From an uncultured Bacteriovoracaceae bacterium (GTDB taxonomy: Bacteria > Bdellovibrionota > UBA2428), in the NCBI GenBank assembly GCA_964609695.1, contig CAZSSP010000009.1, positions 1,522-65,521 of the forward strand: a stretch of 64,000 nucleotides of DNA, read 5' to 3'. Both the position numbers and the translations under genes were made by a program. The notes beneath the pieces are model-generated. The model was not told the origin of the DNA and did no database searches. It saw nothing but the letters and a program-made list of their open reading frames with translations. This document shows, piece after piece, positions 1 to 9,761 of the stretch (its first letter is position 1; the number at the start of each line of letters is the position of its first letter).

Positions 1-7
1 GAAAAGT

Positions 8-487
8 ATGATTAAAACTCAACCAGTTAAAAAACTATTATCTTCAGATTTTGGATTGATTATGGATGCTATTAGGCGTCTGGAAGAAGGCACTTGCTGC
101 TTATTAGATGACGATAAAATTGCAGCAATAGATATATTTCAACGGTTAAAGCTGGCTCTAAAGGATCATGTAAGTTTCGAAGAGAGCAATCTTCCTGCCG
201 TTGTAGAATATTTGAAACAAAAGGGACAAGACGCAGGCGGACTATCCACTCAGATGCACGAAGAACACCAACACATAATGGGTTTGCTTGATGCAGCTGA
301 ACACGAACTTTTTGAAGCACATCCAATACCTTTTCGATCAGTTATTAAATCTGTTAAAAGCGCGCTACGTGATCACCTACAAATAGAAGAGGATGTGCCT
401 TATGAAATTTGGCGAAGTGATTTTGGTGAAGCGGCGCTCAAACGTATGGCAAAAAGAGCAGAGGATGGCTTTCTCGGTCTTGATTAG
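8..487 (+). CDS. hemerythrin-like (HHE cation-binding) domain protein
   Basis: 159-aa ORF with spaced His/Glu clusters (HVSFEE, HEEHQH, LRDHLQIEED), as in hemerythrin-type di-iron four-helix domains. Called by eye only. Confidence 0.4.
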   Translation: MIKTQPVKKLLSSDFGLIMDAIRRLEEGTCCLLDDDKIAAIDIFQRLKLALKDHVSFEESNLPAVVEYLKQKGQDAGGLSTQMHEEHQHIMGLLDAAEHELFEAHPIPFRSVIKSVKSALRDHLQIEEDVPYEIWRSDFGEAALKRMAKRAEDGFLGLD

Positions 488-551
488 GAATCAAGTAGTT
501 TGACTTTTTTTCCCAAGGGAACTTGGCGCAAGTGCTTAAGGTTTTAAAAAT

Positions 552-755
552 ATGAATTTTCGTTCTTTTAGAAGATTGTTTTTTATCGTAATTGCTGCGA
601 TTGTTCGAAAGCTTTCTTCAGCACACGACCCAGTTGTCGAAGATTATAATTCGAGTCTTAGCCGAGCTACTGATCGTTGGGAGACAGATGGCGGCGCAAT
701 TGAACAAACAGAGACAATAGAGATCGCTCAAAAAAGATGCCGAAGTATCACCTAA
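552..755 (+). CDS. small hypothetical protein with an N-terminal hydrophobic segment and a W-E-x-D-G-G motif
   Basis: 67-aa ORF in an otherwise empty gap. It has an N-terminal hydrophobic stretch (LFFIVIAAIV). RWETDGGAI resembles the WExEGG motif recurrent in small bacterial proteins. Confidence 0.35.
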   Translation: MNFRSFRRLFFIVIAAIVRKLSSAHDPVVEDYNSSLSRATDRWETDGGAIEQTETIEIAQKRCRSIT

Positions 756-759
756 AACA

Positions 760-1353
760 TCATATTTTTTCTTTAGATTTTAATCCGCTCGCATAATTGC
801 GAGACAATGCGCTAACGGGATAGGTGACTTTTTTCCCGCGAACTTTTGCAAATGGAGTCAGTTTGTGTGGACGATGCGAAGATACGTTGAAAATGTCCTC
901 GACAGGTAGTCCTTGAGCTAAAAGAGAATCTCCGACCAAGGAGCGATGACAGCGCCATGGCACAGCCTCAGCGCACATCATTACCAATCGCTTGCGTTTT
1001 GATCGTGCAATCAAACGTCGCAAACTCTTAGAAAATTCTGCGCTTTGCATGTAGTCTGCATAGCCCCGAAATGAAGAATTTCGCCAAGCTTTATTTACTG
1101 AATGCTTTCTTGCATGACGGAGACCGCCTAAGCCAGCCATATGTATATACTCAATGCCGTGACGAGCTAAAGATTTCTTCAAGCGCTGGCTGCCGAACTG
1201 AGGATTGTGATGAGACTTAGGGATGCTGCGGATATCCACCACCAGCTTAAGTTTATAAGAGTCTAGAATTTGAATAAATTCGGAAAGTTTTCGGTTGGAG
1301 TGACCCACTGTAAAAATACGCACCGGTGAGGTGGTGCTCTTTTGAAGTGACAC
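760..1353 (-). CDS. DUF488 family protein
   Basis: 197 aa. The N-terminal IFTVGHSNR...VVDIRSIPKS and following LGG block match the DUF488 pattern (TiGHs...lvDvR..P.S). Confidence 0.65.
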   Translation of the reverse strand: MSLQKSTTSPVRIFTVGHSNRKLSEFIQILDSYKLKLVVDIRSIPKSHHNPQFGSQRLKKSLARHGIEYIHMAGLGGLRHARKHSVNKAWRNSSFRGYADYMQSAEFSKSLRRLIARSKRKRLVMMCAEAVPWRCHRSLVGDSLLAQGLPVEDIFNVSSHRPHKLTPFAKVRGKKVTYPVSALSRNYASGLKSKEKI

Positions 1354-1422
1354 TCTTAAGCGCTATCATAAGTGGTACCTGCACACGAGTCTTAGTTTTG
1401 GTGAGGAGATTCAGGCTATACT

Positions 1423-2745
1423 CTAGGGATGTGGGTGGTATTCGTGAGGCACTTTAATACCTCGACGTGCAATCTTTTCAGTCATAATTGAATTTTCCAT
1501 GAGCAGGCTTGAAATAAGATAAGCAACGGAGCAACTTGTTAAAAGTGGAATGAGGCTTAGGGGTTGCAATGTAGCTTCAAATACAAAAACTGTTGACGTA
1601 AGCACTGCGCGAGAACAACCGGAAAATAGCGCTGCCATTCCTGCAAGTGCCATAACGTGAGGATCGATGCCTGAGTTGGGAAATAAATAAATGAGTATGT
1701 GTCCAACTACCAATCCCAAGAGGCCCCCGAATGTTAGCAAAGGCGCAAGAGTGCCTCCTGAAGTTCCACTTCCTAATGCAATCGCCCAAGAAACAAATTT
1801 CCAAATGCAAAGAGCAATTGCCGCACTTATTGTAAAGTTACCACTCAGGGCTGCTGTAATGTTTTCATACCCAACTCCTAAACTGCGGGGTTCAATAAGG
1901 CCAATAATTCCAACTGCGAGCCCTCCAATGGCAGGCCACCACATCCAGTGAATGGGTAATTTTTCAAAGAGATCTTCTACGGCATAAACTGATTTAGTTA
2001 CAAGAACAGACAAGAGACCCATTATAAATCCGAGAAAAATAATTGCAATAAATGCTTCCGATCGAATCATTTCAAAACTGGGCATCGGAAAAACGGGGGC
2101 CGCATCAAGGAGCAATGGCCTCAAGGTTCCCGCAGTCGCAGCCGCCATTGCTACTGGAATAAAAGATTTTGCTCGGAACTCAAACAACAAGAGTTCAACT
2201 GCGAGTAATACTGCTGATACAGGTGTGCTGAATATCGCCGTCATTCCCGCTGCTGCGCCAGCGGCCAAAAGAATTTTGCGTTCGGTTCCGCTGACTGGAA
2301 ATAGTTGGCCTAGCAAACTCCCAAGTGCACCGCCCGTGGCAATGATAGGTCCTTCTGCACCAAAGGGACCACCTGTTCCAATGGCAACTGCTGAAGACAA
2401 AGGCTTCAGCCAAGTCATTCTTCGTGGAATTCGGCTGTCATCAATTAAAATCTTTTCCATGGCTTCAGGTATTCCGTGTCCTCGTATTGCAACAGATCCG
2501 AAGCGCGCCATGATACCTACGACAAGGCCACCAATCACAGGAATGAATATGCTCCAAAATCCTAAAGTATGAGCCCAGGGAGAAGCTGGAGAAAATGAAA
2601 ATTGATGATGGTAAGCCGCATTTGTAACTAAGTTTATAAGTAACAAAAGACTTTTAGCGACGAGCACCGCCAATCCACCCAGAAGCATCGACAAGGCACA
2701 AATAAAAAGTAGTCGTCGACGTCTTTGAAGCTGATCGGTATGCAT
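1423..2745 (-). CDS. ClC-family voltage-gated chloride channel / H+-Cl- antiporter
   Basis: 440-aa polytopic membrane ORF with ClC signatures: GHGIPE, GGPFGAEGPIIATGG and GSGTSGGTLAPLL. Confidence 0.85.
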   Translation of the reverse strand: MHTDQLQRRRRLLFICALSMLLGGLAVLVAKSLLLLINLVTNAAYHHQFSFSPASPWAHTLGFWSIFIPVIGGLVVGIMARFGSVAIRGHGIPEAMEKILIDDSRIPRRMTWLKPLSSAVAIGTGGPFGAEGPIIATGGALGSLLGQLFPVSGTERKILLAAGAAAGMTAIFSTPVSAVLLAVELLLFEFRAKSFIPVAMAAATAGTLRPLLLDAAPVFPMPSFEMIRSEAFIAIIFLGFIMGLLSVLVTKSVYAVEDLFEKLPIHWMWWPAIGGLAVGIIGLIEPRSLGVGYENITAALSGNFTISAAIALCIWKFVSWAIALGSGTSGGTLAPLLTFGGLLGLVVGHILIYLFPNSGIDPHVMALAGMAALFSGCSRAVLTSTVFVFEATLQPLSLIPLLTSCSVAYLISSLLMENSIMTEKIARRGIKVPHEYHPHP

Positions 2746-2859
2746 TGAGTGTTTATATCTTTACGCTCTGCACCTTACAAAGTACGCAGTGTCGAAACGG
2801 CGCGTCATCGCCTATAGGAGGATTGGCGCCCTAAAATCATCGCTAAACTTGACGGTACT

Positions 2860-3249
2860 TCACGAGATATTAACCGGTTGGGCAACTGAAAGTACTTCGA
2901 GTGTGCATTGCTTAGCATTTGGAAAGGGCCACTCAATTCTTTGTCCAACTCGCAAGCCTATGAGGGCTGCGCCAACGGGTGACAATACTGAGATGCAATT
3001 TTCTTCTACGTTGCTTTCTTCAGGATAAGTCAATGTGATGCTTAATTCTTTGCCTGTTTCCAGATTTCGAAACTTTACGCGTGAATTCATAGCCACCACC
3101 TCTGGTGCGAGTTGATGGTCCTTTACAATTTGAGCACGATTGAGCTCATCTTCAAGCATATGGGTGATTTCTGAGTTATTGGAGTTAATCAAAGTGGAGA
3201 TCCTTTGAAAGTCACTTTGTTTAAGCACTAATGATTGAACGTTGTTCAT
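2860..3249 (-). CDS. rnk: GreA/GreB-family regulator of nucleoside diphosphate kinase (Rnk)
   Basis: VVAMNSRVKFRNL...VLSPVGAALIGLRVGQRIEW closely parallels E. coli Rnk (VVTMNSRVKFRNL...[20 protein letters not shown]). I start at the internal ATG 3249 (MNNVQ), which follows an AAAGGA RBS, not at the ORF-track start 3309. Confidence 0.8.
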   Translation of the reverse strand: MNNVQSLVLKQSDFQRISTLINSNNSEITHMLEDELNRAQIVKDHQLAPEVVAMNSRVKFRNLETGKELSITLTYPEESNVEENCISVLSPVGAALIGLRVGQRIEWPFPNAKQCTLEVLSVAQPVNIS

Positions 3250-3540
3250 GTAATTTTCCTTTCGATTAACAAGAAAATGGAAGTGTGTGTGATGTATTGA
3301 GCGGGGCACTAGCCCCGATAGGCTAGTTGTCCCGAATGGAAAGAATGATCATTTTTACCTTGCAGAGCATATCCTCAGTATATCACGCTTAGTATTTAAA
3401 CTGTATTCCTCGAAAATTAATACTTACTACAGGTTTTTCATCGAAATGATTGGGTTTTCACTTATCTTCGCGGCGCTGACACTAAAGTAGGAAGAATAAT
3501 AAATCGTTTTCAGTAGATATAGATTAGAATGTAAAAGAGC

Positions 3541-4563
3541 ATGTTCAATTTGCCACTTTTTCCTTCTTCAGGAATTGCAATAGATTTAGGGACAAGAAAT
3601 ATTCGAGTTTCTGATCAAAAACAAATTCTGATTAGACAGCTTTCGGTGGCGGCTCGTTCAAACGAGCAGAATTCGAAGCTAATTATGGGAGAAATTGCGG
3701 AAGATTTATTTGAGCGCGAACCAGGCCATTACAAGCTTATTTCGCCCCTTGGTGAAGGAGTTATCAGTGACTTTGATCATTGTAAATTGTTGCTGAAAGC
3801 CATATTTAAATCTTTAAATTTAGCCAGATTCAAAAGACATACAATTCTTATTTCTTCTCCTTTAGATATTACGCCGGTTGAATACAATGCATTTGCTGAA
3901 GTGGCTAAAAGTCTCGGATATGGAGAAGCAGAGCATATCCCCGAGCCGGTAGCCGCTGCCGTAGGGCTTATTCCTGATTTTATAAAAGAAAAGGGAGTGG
4001 TTTTAGTAGATGTGGGCGCAGGAATTACAGAGGCAGTGATTTTTTCCCTCGGTGGAATTGTTGCTAATTCTTCGCTAAGAATCGGTGGAGTTGATTTTGA
4101 AAAACAAATCATAGGATTTATTAGAAAATCTTTTGATTTCGAAATTGGTAGAAAAACAGCACTTAGATTATTAGACACTGTAGCCCAAGAACATCCTGAT
4201 TCCTATTTGCAGCCAATTGTAATTCACGGCACAGATACAATTCGCAGGCTCCCCTCTACCTTGAATTTAGAACTTCCACAGATTGAAACGTGTTTAGATA
4301 ACCTTTTTAATAGAATCGTTGGAAGTGTGCTCAACCTTCTCGAAAAGTCATCCCCTGATCTTTCCAGTTATCATGTTGATAATGGAATTTATCTTACAGG
4401 TGGCGCTTCGCAGTTTAAACGATTTCTAAGATTGTTGGAGAAGCGAACGGGATTAATGGCGAATCCTGATAGCCAGCCGCTTTGGGGCGTCTCTCGCGGT
4501 GAAATAGCATTACTGCAAAACCCTAAACTTAAAGCTTCAATTGTAAATCTATACAAAAAATAG
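3541..4563 (+). CDS. MreB/Mbl-like actin-fold ATPase (divergent paralogue, not next to mreCD)
   Basis: 340 aa. Phosphate-1-like GIAIDLGTRNIRV, VLVDVGAGITE and LTGGASQ motifs indicate the actin/Hsp70 fold in an MreB-like arrangement. Confidence 0.6.
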   Translation: MFNLPLFPSSGIAIDLGTRNIRVSDQKQILIRQLSVAARSNEQNSKLIMGEIAEDLFEREPGHYKLISPLGEGVISDFDHCKLLLKAIFKSLNLARFKRHTILISSPLDITPVEYNAFAEVAKSLGYGEAEHIPEPVAAAVGLIPDFIKEKGVVLVDVGAGITEAVIFSLGGIVANSSLRIGGVDFEKQIIGFIRKSFDFEIGRKTALRLLDTVAQEHPDSYLQPIVIHGTDTIRRLPSTLNLELPQIETCLDNLFNRIVGSVLNLLEKSSPDLSSYHVDNGIYLTGGASQFKRFLRLLEKRTGLMANPDSQPLWGVSRGEIALLQNPKLKASIVNLYKK

Positions 4564-4632
4564 TGACTTCAGTTTTGTAACAGGAGCCGCTCCATAATGG
4601 CTGAAAAACTTTAGCCAAAACTAGGATTTTTT

Positions 4633-5745
4633 TTAAGAGTCAAGTTGCCCAAAGTTTTCAAAAATTCTTGGTAAGAAATACTTTGCCCATACTGTAGCTC
4701 CAATTACAAAAGAGGCCGAAGCATAGGCTAAATGTTTTTCATAACTTTCGGGGATAAATACAGCTGCTATTCTTGTGAGTGCGGCAAGGCAGATGAAGAA
4801 TATTGCAGTTTTGATATATGGATTCTTTTCTTCAGCGCTGAGTCCATAGTTACCATGAGAAAGTATAACCCTAGATGCGACCATAAAGGTTAATAGGCTA
4901 AATCCGGTAATGTAAATTGTATGAAGCGCTTCAAGTCGGTATTGAGGCGTAATTGCCAGTGCCCACAATCCAATCAATGTACTCATCGTCGCAATTTTTA
5001 TACCGACACCAACTGCATTTTTTCGCTCATTCTTAGCAGTTATTTTCCAACCGAAAGCAACTAAACCAGTCGCTAACGCTGCCCTAAGATAAGGCGCCCA
5101 GAAATAACCGTAAACCTCATAGAGGACTAAAGACAATGTCATAAGCAAGCCAACCAAAAAGAAAATCCATTTGTTTCCGATTTTTGATTTTTGAGGGATA
5201 CCCAGAATTCTTGGAATCAAAAAGGTTCCAATTCCAAGAACAAGGCAAAGCATGAAGTTCTGGTAGAATAAGGCTGCACCTACTGTGGGTTGACCTGTGA
5301 GAACAAGTATCGACCCTAAGAATACAGAAAAAATTCCCCAGAAAAGCATTGGAAAAAAATTTGGAATTGGGACTTCTGTGCGAATAAATCTTCGAATGCC
5401 AAAGAAGAAAATGAAGATAGAGGTAACTAAGGTGCCTACAAAAAACATTTTTTCTGTAGAATCATAAACACCAACAGTAACAATCCATCCCATTAAAAGT
5501 GATGTACTAAGAAATTCGTAGCGATGAGCTGTTGGGGTTTGGGTCAATCGAGGAAGTGCCGTCATCAAGAACCCAATGGCATAGCTAAGCAGAAAAACGC
5601 CCATCATTAGATGCGCATGAAGACGGCCAGGATAGGGGAGACTGGGAATGAGCGCAGTTGCGATCCAAACTGAAACTCCGATAAGAGAAGCAAAGAGCCC
5701 AACAAAGAAAAATGGGCGGTAAGGATTAGCTAGATTTTTAGACAT
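4633..5745 (-). CDS. nnrS: NnrS family heme/copper membrane protein (NO stress associated)
   Basis: Polytopic membrane ORF carrying the NnrS signature HAHLMMGVFLLSYAIGFLMTALPR (compare HAHEMlFGF..a.i.GFLlTA). I start at ATG 5745 (MSKNLANPYRPFFF), which follows a GGAGAAGGA RBS. The ORF-track start at 5796 is less likely. Confidence 0.75.
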   Translation of the reverse strand: MSKNLANPYRPFFFVGLFASLIGVSVWIATALIPSLPYPGRLHAHLMMGVFLLSYAIGFLMTALPRLTQTPTAHRYEFLSTSLLMGWIVTVGVYDSTEKMFFVGTLVTSIFIFFFGIRRFIRTEVPIPNFFPMLFWGIFSVFLGSILVLTGQPTVGAALFYQNFMLCLVLGIGTFLIPRILGIPQKSKIGNKWIFFLVGLLMTLSLVLYEVYGYFWAPYLRAALATGLVAFGWKITAKNERKNAVGVGIKIATMSTLIGLWALAITPQYRLEALHTIYITGFSLLTFMVASRVILSHGNYGLSAEEKNPYIKTAIFFICLAALTRIAAVFIPESYEKHLAYASASFVIGATVWAKYFLPRIFENFGQLDS

Positions 5746-5803
5746 TTGAGTAATATTCCTTCTCCTAAGGAAGATCTCTACTGAGACTGGAGTCAATTAA
5801 ATA

Positions 5804-5819
5804 TTGTACATCTATACAA
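5804..5819. promoter_or_regulatory. imperfect palindrome upstream of nnrS; possible second Rrf2/NsrR operator
   Basis: TTGTACATCTATACAA has half-sites matching 6 of 8 positions. It lies about 60 nt upstream of the preferred nnrS start and shares an ACAT/AT-rich core with the 6378-6393 palindrome. Confidence 0.25.
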
Positions 5820-5873
5820 GAAGTAGCCTTCTTGAGGCGCTCACATTTAAAGTCTAGTAGCTTGTTCAAAAGT

Positions 5874-6314
5874 TTATTTAGCAAGTGGGAACTCACAAGG
5901 AGTAGAGTTTTTAACTAAACTTCTTGTTGGAACTAACTCGCTTAAAGTCGAGCTGGCAAATGCCTTCTCTACCAACTCCATAGCGTTATCAAGCCTCCTA
6001 TGAAGTGCGCAAAGATTCGTGCCATGCGATTTTAAACCTAAGGGACATTTGCGTATGCGCGGTAGAGGATCAACTGCTTGTACAACTTCAAGAATCGTTA
6101 GCTCTTCGGGTTTTTTAAACAACCGAAACCCGCCCTTAGCGCCTCTCAGACTCATGATAAGCTTTGCCTTCGTCAATTGCTGAAGAACTTTGGATAAATA
6201 ATCTGGTGGAACTTTCGAAAGTTTAGCAATTTCGGCGGTCGTCCATTGCCTCTCAATGTCTGAACAAAGTATGACCATAGCTCGCAGGGCATATTCGGTC
6301 GTTTGAGAAATCAC
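5874..6314 (-). CDS. nsrR: Rrf2-family transcriptional regulator, NsrR-like
   Basis: 146 aa. It has the N-terminal Rrf2 winged-helix TEYALRAMVIL...AEIAK and a C-terminal Cys pair (CPLG...NLCALH). It sits between nnrS and a divergent NO reductase. Confidence 0.75.
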   Translation of the reverse strand: MISQTTEYALRAMVILCSDIERQWTTAEIAKLSKVPPDYLSKVLQQLTKAKLIMSLRGAKGGFRLFKKPEELTILEVVQAVDPLPRIRKCPLGLKSHGTNLCALHRRLDNAMELVEKAFASSTLSELVPTRSLVKNSTPCEFPLAK

Positions 6315-6377
6315 ATCTTAATTTCTAACATGCTTCCACTCCTTTTCCCATTTGGCTAATTTCCTTTTACTCAATAC

Positions 6378-6393
6378 TGGACATATATGTCCA
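6378..6393. promoter_or_regulatory. perfect 16-bp palindrome TGGACATATATGTCCA; candidate NsrR operator over the norB promoter
   Basis: The sequence is its own reverse complement. It lies in the 107-bp nsrR/norB divergent region, immediately upstream of a TATAAT hexamer (6398-6403) and the TAGGAG RBS of norB. AT-rich inverted repeats of this kind are typical Rrf2/NsrR sites. Confidence 0.45.
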
Positions 6394-6421
6394 ATTATAT
6401 AATCTTAGGAGTTAGCTGTAA

Positions 6422-8725
6422 TTGAACTTCGAAAGGAAGAGCGTGGAACGTAGTTATAAAAAACTTTGGTATTCTTTAATATTTGTCATCTTGGCTTCAT
6501 TTTCGGTACTTGGATATTTTGGTAGGGAGATTTATCGTCAATCACCGCCCATACCAGCGTCTGTAGTGGACTCGTCGGGAAATATTCTTTTCACCGGAAC
6601 AGATATTCGAGAAGGCCAACAAGTCTGGCAATCCACAGGTGGACAAGAATTGGGTTCAATTTGGGGGCATGGTGCGTATGTGGCACCCGATTGGTCAGCA
6701 GATTGGTTACATAGAGAAGCTGTTGAGTTACTTACTATAAAGGCGCAAGAAAGATATCAGAAGAATCTCGATCAGTTGAGCGCACCTGAACAGGCATACC
6801 TCGAAGCGGAACTTCAAGGCGAAGTTCGTAAAAATACCTTTGATTCAGAAAAAAATATAATCAGCGTCTCCGCTGATAGGGCTCGATCAATGAGTGTCGT
6901 CGCCAAACATTATCAAGGACTCTTTATGAATGATCCCTCAAAGGCTGAATTGCGCGATGCTTATGCGATGCCAGAGTTTGTTGTTAAAGATCCAGAGCGA
7001 ATGAGAAAACTTAATGCCTTCTTCTTTTGGACCGCATGGGCTTGCGTCACTGAACGTCCCAATCAAAAAATTACTTACACAAACAATTGGCCTCCTGACA
7101 AGACTGTAGGAAATACTCCTCCGCCTTCGCTCCAAATCTGGACGGGTTTTAGTGTTATTCTCCTACTTTTTGGAATCGGACTTCTTGCTTTTTATTACGC
7201 TTCCCATAAAGACGAGGATGAAAAGGTTCCGCAGGCAGAGATTCCCAAAAGTGATCCCTTGCTAGCGCTCAATCCGACACCTTCTATGCGTGCTACCTTG
7301 AAATATTTTTGGGTGGTTATGGCACTCATACTCGTGCAAGTAATTTTAGGTGCTGTAACGGCACATTATGGAGTGGAGGGCACTGCCTTCTACGGATTTC
7401 CACTTGCTAAATATCTTCCCTATAGCGTCGTTCGCACGTGGCATTTGCAGCTTGGGATTTTCTGGATTGCAACTTCGTGGCTGGCCACGGGTCTTTTTAT
7501 TGGTCCTGCGGTTTCTGGATACGAGCCTAAGTATCAACGCCTCGGAGTAAATTGTTTATTTGTTGCGCTCTTAATAATTGTCGTGGGTTCAATGGCAGGC
7601 CAATGGTTTGCGATCATGCAACGATTGAGCTTCGATACAAATTTTTGGTTTGGACACCAAGGATTCGAGTATGTGGACTTAGGAAGGTTTTGGCAGATCT
7701 TTCTCGTGGTTGGACTTTTCTTATGGCTATTTTTAATGGTGAGATCTATAAAACCCGCGTTTAAAAATCCCAAGGAAAATAAAAATCTGCTTGCTCTATT
7801 TTTAATTTCTTGTGGAGCCATCGCGCTGTTTTATTCCGCTGGGCTCATGTGGGGAAAAAGCACCAATCTTGCAATTTCGGAATACTGGCGATGGTGGGTA
7901 GTTCATCTTTGGGTTGAAGGATTCTTTGAAGTATTCGCTACGGTCGTGATCGCCTTTCTCTTTGTGCGCATGGGCTTACTTCGTGCTTCAATTGCAACAG
8001 CTACCGTTTTATTTTCGACCACAATATTTTTATCGGGTGGAATTATAGGAACATTTCATCATTTGTATTTTACCGGTACTCCGACGGCGGTGATTGCACT
8101 TGGAGCGACCTTTAGTGGACTTGAAGTAGTGCCGCTTATTCTTATCGGTTTTGAGGCTTATCATAATCTTACCTTAAGTCGGGCGTCGGCCTGGCTTAAG
8201 GCTTACAAGTGGCCCATTTACTTTTTTGTTGCCGTGGCATTTTGGAATTTCGTAGGTGCCGGAATATTCGGATTTTTGATCAATCCCCCTATGGCCCTTT
8301 ATTATATGCAAGGACTCAACACAACTCCGGTCCATAGTCATGCCGCACTCTTTGGGGTTTACGGCATGCTTGGCATTGGGCTGATGCTTTTTGTTTTAAA
8401 AGGACTGGCTGCGAGAAATATTTGGAAAGACAAAACAATTCGCTTTGCTTTTTGGTCTCTCAATATTGGTTTGGCGCTAATGACGGTAATCAGCATACTT
8501 CCTGTAGGATTGTTTCAAACATGGGCGAGTGTAAATCACGGTTACTGGTATGCAAGGTCGGCTGAATTCCAACAACAGAGCATCTTGGATATTTTCAGAT
8601 GGCTCAGGGTATTAGGTGATACTGTTTTTACCGTAGGAGCACTTGCATTGGGTTATTTTGTACTTGGACTTAAAACCGGTGCTTCAGTTGAATCGCAAAG
8701 TGATATACCTCCAAGCACTGGGTAA
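6422..8725 (+). CDS. norB: quinol-dependent nitric oxide reductase (qNOR, NorB/NorZ type)
   Basis: 767 aa, the length of single-subunit qNOR (N-terminal extension plus a heme-copper-oxidase-like core). His ligand blocks WWVVHLWVEG, HHLYFTG and HSHAALFGVYG are present. The start is TTG, 10 nt after TAGGAG. Confidence 0.9.
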   Translation: MNFERKSVERSYKKLWYSLIFVILASFSVLGYFGREIYRQSPPIPASVVDSSGNILFTGTDIREGQQVWQSTGGQELGSIWGHGAYVAPDWSADWLHREAVELLTIKAQERYQKNLDQLSAPEQAYLEAELQGEVRKNTFDSEKNIISVSADRARSMSVVAKHYQGLFMNDPSKAELRDAYAMPEFVVKDPERMRKLNAFFFWTAWACVTERPNQKITYTNNWPPDKTVGNTPPPSLQIWTGFSVILLLFGIGLLAFYYASHKDEDEKVPQAEIPKSDPLLALNPTPSMRATLKYFWVVMALILVQVILGAVTAHYGVEGTAFYGFPLAKYLPYSVVRTWHLQLGIFWIATSWLATGLFIGPAVSGYEPKYQRLGVNCLFVALLIIVVGSMAGQWFAIMQRLSFDTNFWFGHQGFEYVDLGRFWQIFLVVGLFLWLFLMVRSIKPAFKNPKENKNLLALFLISCGAIALFYSAGLMWGKSTNLAISEYWRWWVVHLWVEGFFEVFATVVIAFLFVRMGLLRASIATATVLFSTTIFLSGGIIGTFHHLYFTGTPTAVIALGATFSGLEVVPLILIGFEAYHNLTLSRASAWLKAYKWPIYFFVAVAFWNFVGAGIFGFLINPPMALYYMQGLNTTPVHSHAALFGVYGMLGIGLMLFVLKGLAARNIWKDKTIRFAFWSLNIGLALMTVISILPVGLFQTWASVNHGYWYARSAEFQQQSILDIFRWLRVLGDTVFTVGALALGYFVLGLKTGASVESQSDIPPSTG

Positions 8726-8780
8726 GGTTAGGTGTTAGGACGTCTTTTATATTTAAGGAGTCGCGACAAAATTTAAATCA

Positions 8781-9743
8781 CTAATCGTTATTGTATTTAT
8801 TGATTTCAAATTTAAAAACACTTCCTTGGTCAAGATACCTAGTCTCGATGCTAGTTTTGTTTATCCAGTCCTGAAGTTGTTTTGAAGAGGGTATGTCTTT
8901 ACGAAGCTTGTATGCATTAATGGATGGTTTTGGAGTTTTTACTCTGATTGGCTCCTGGATCTTCATACTTGTTAGCTCTTGGAGGTTCTTTTGTATTTTC
9001 CTCTTCGCAAATTGAACTCGCTCTTTAAAAGAAGCCTTGGAAATTTTGAGTCTCTTAGCAGCAGCCCCAAGGCTCAATGGCTCATCGCTCATAATGTGAA
9101 TATCTAGGGCGGATCTTTGCTTGATGCTAAGACTACGCCAAGCAGCTTCAAGCTTCTCCCATAGCTCCGGCTTGATGCTATCAGGAATGTCTTTGCGTTT
9201 TTCAAAGTAGTGCGCCTTTGCGCTGCTAATGAGCCTTTCGACCTTGGGCTGCTCGGATTCAAACTCCTTGTAGGTCAGCTGGCGCTGGTCAAAAAGCTCC
9301 TCGATTGTTTCCCTGTCCCTGATACCTCGTGAGATCAAAAACGCCGTGAGTCGAAAAGTTGTGGAGTAAGAATCGAGCTGCCCGCTCTCAACAAGATCGC
9401 GGCAGATGCTCTCGCGCAAACTCTGCGAAGGACGCCTAATAATGTTGGCGGTAGGGTCGTCTTGAAGAAAAAGGTGGCACTTGCTAGTGAGTAGCTCGAC
9501 TCGTTCTGAGGGAAGGTCTCTAAAGAGTTTATCGAGCGAGCTTCTCTTTTTTGGTCCAAGTTCGGGATCGTAATTTCTGTACTGAGGAGCAAAAGCTCCC
9601 ACTGAAAAGCGCATGGATCTGGGGAGCATGGGCCTAGTCTCTGGGCTGAAGAAGCCCTCACGAGTGAGGTCGTCGGTCACCTTCTGAAGCTTTGCTTCAG
9701 TCCATGAGTGGGCGGCTTGTCGCCTTTGGTTGGCAGTTCTCAA
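8781..9743 (-). CDS. hypothetical island protein with a sigma-70 region-4-like / LuxR-like HTH near the C-terminus
   Basis: 320-aa ORF. LSIKQRSALDIHIMSDEPLSLGAAAKRLKISKASFKERVQFAKRKI resembles a sigma-70 r4 HTH. The 5' half is GC-rich. The start is uncertain: TTG at 9743, or an internal ATG about 39 codons in. Confidence 0.5.
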   Translation of the reverse strand: MRTANQRRQAAHSWTEAKLQKVTDDLTREGFFSPETRPMLPRSMRFSVGAFAPQYRNYDPELGPKKRSSLDKLFRDLPSERVELLTSKCHLFLQDDPTANIIRRPSQSLRESICRDLVESGQLDSYSTTFRLTAFLISRGIRDRETIEELFDQRQLTYKEFESEQPKVERLISSAKAHYFEKRKDIPDSIKPELWEKLEAAWRSLSIKQRSALDIHIMSDEPLSLGAAAKRLKISKASFKERVQFAKRKIQKNLQELTSMKIQEPIRVKTPKPSINAYKLRKDIPSSKQLQDWINKTSIETRYLDQGSVFKFEINKYNND

Positions 9744-9752
9744 GGGTGAGCC

Positions 9753-9761
9753 ATTATAACA
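9753..9761 (-). promoter_or_regulatory. extended -10 promoter element (TGtTATAAT) for the 8781-9743 gene
   Basis: The minus strand reads TGTTATAAT, 9 nt upstream of the TTG at 9743. No good -35 is present. Confidence 0.3.

Noticed and set aside
1577-2572. Several 72-115-aa ORFs on both strands inside the ClC gene. Similar short frames occur inside norB, ftsH, cdaR, the PgpH-like gene and other long genes.
   Set aside because: All are nested in or antisense to long ORFs with strong family signatures. None has independent start signals.
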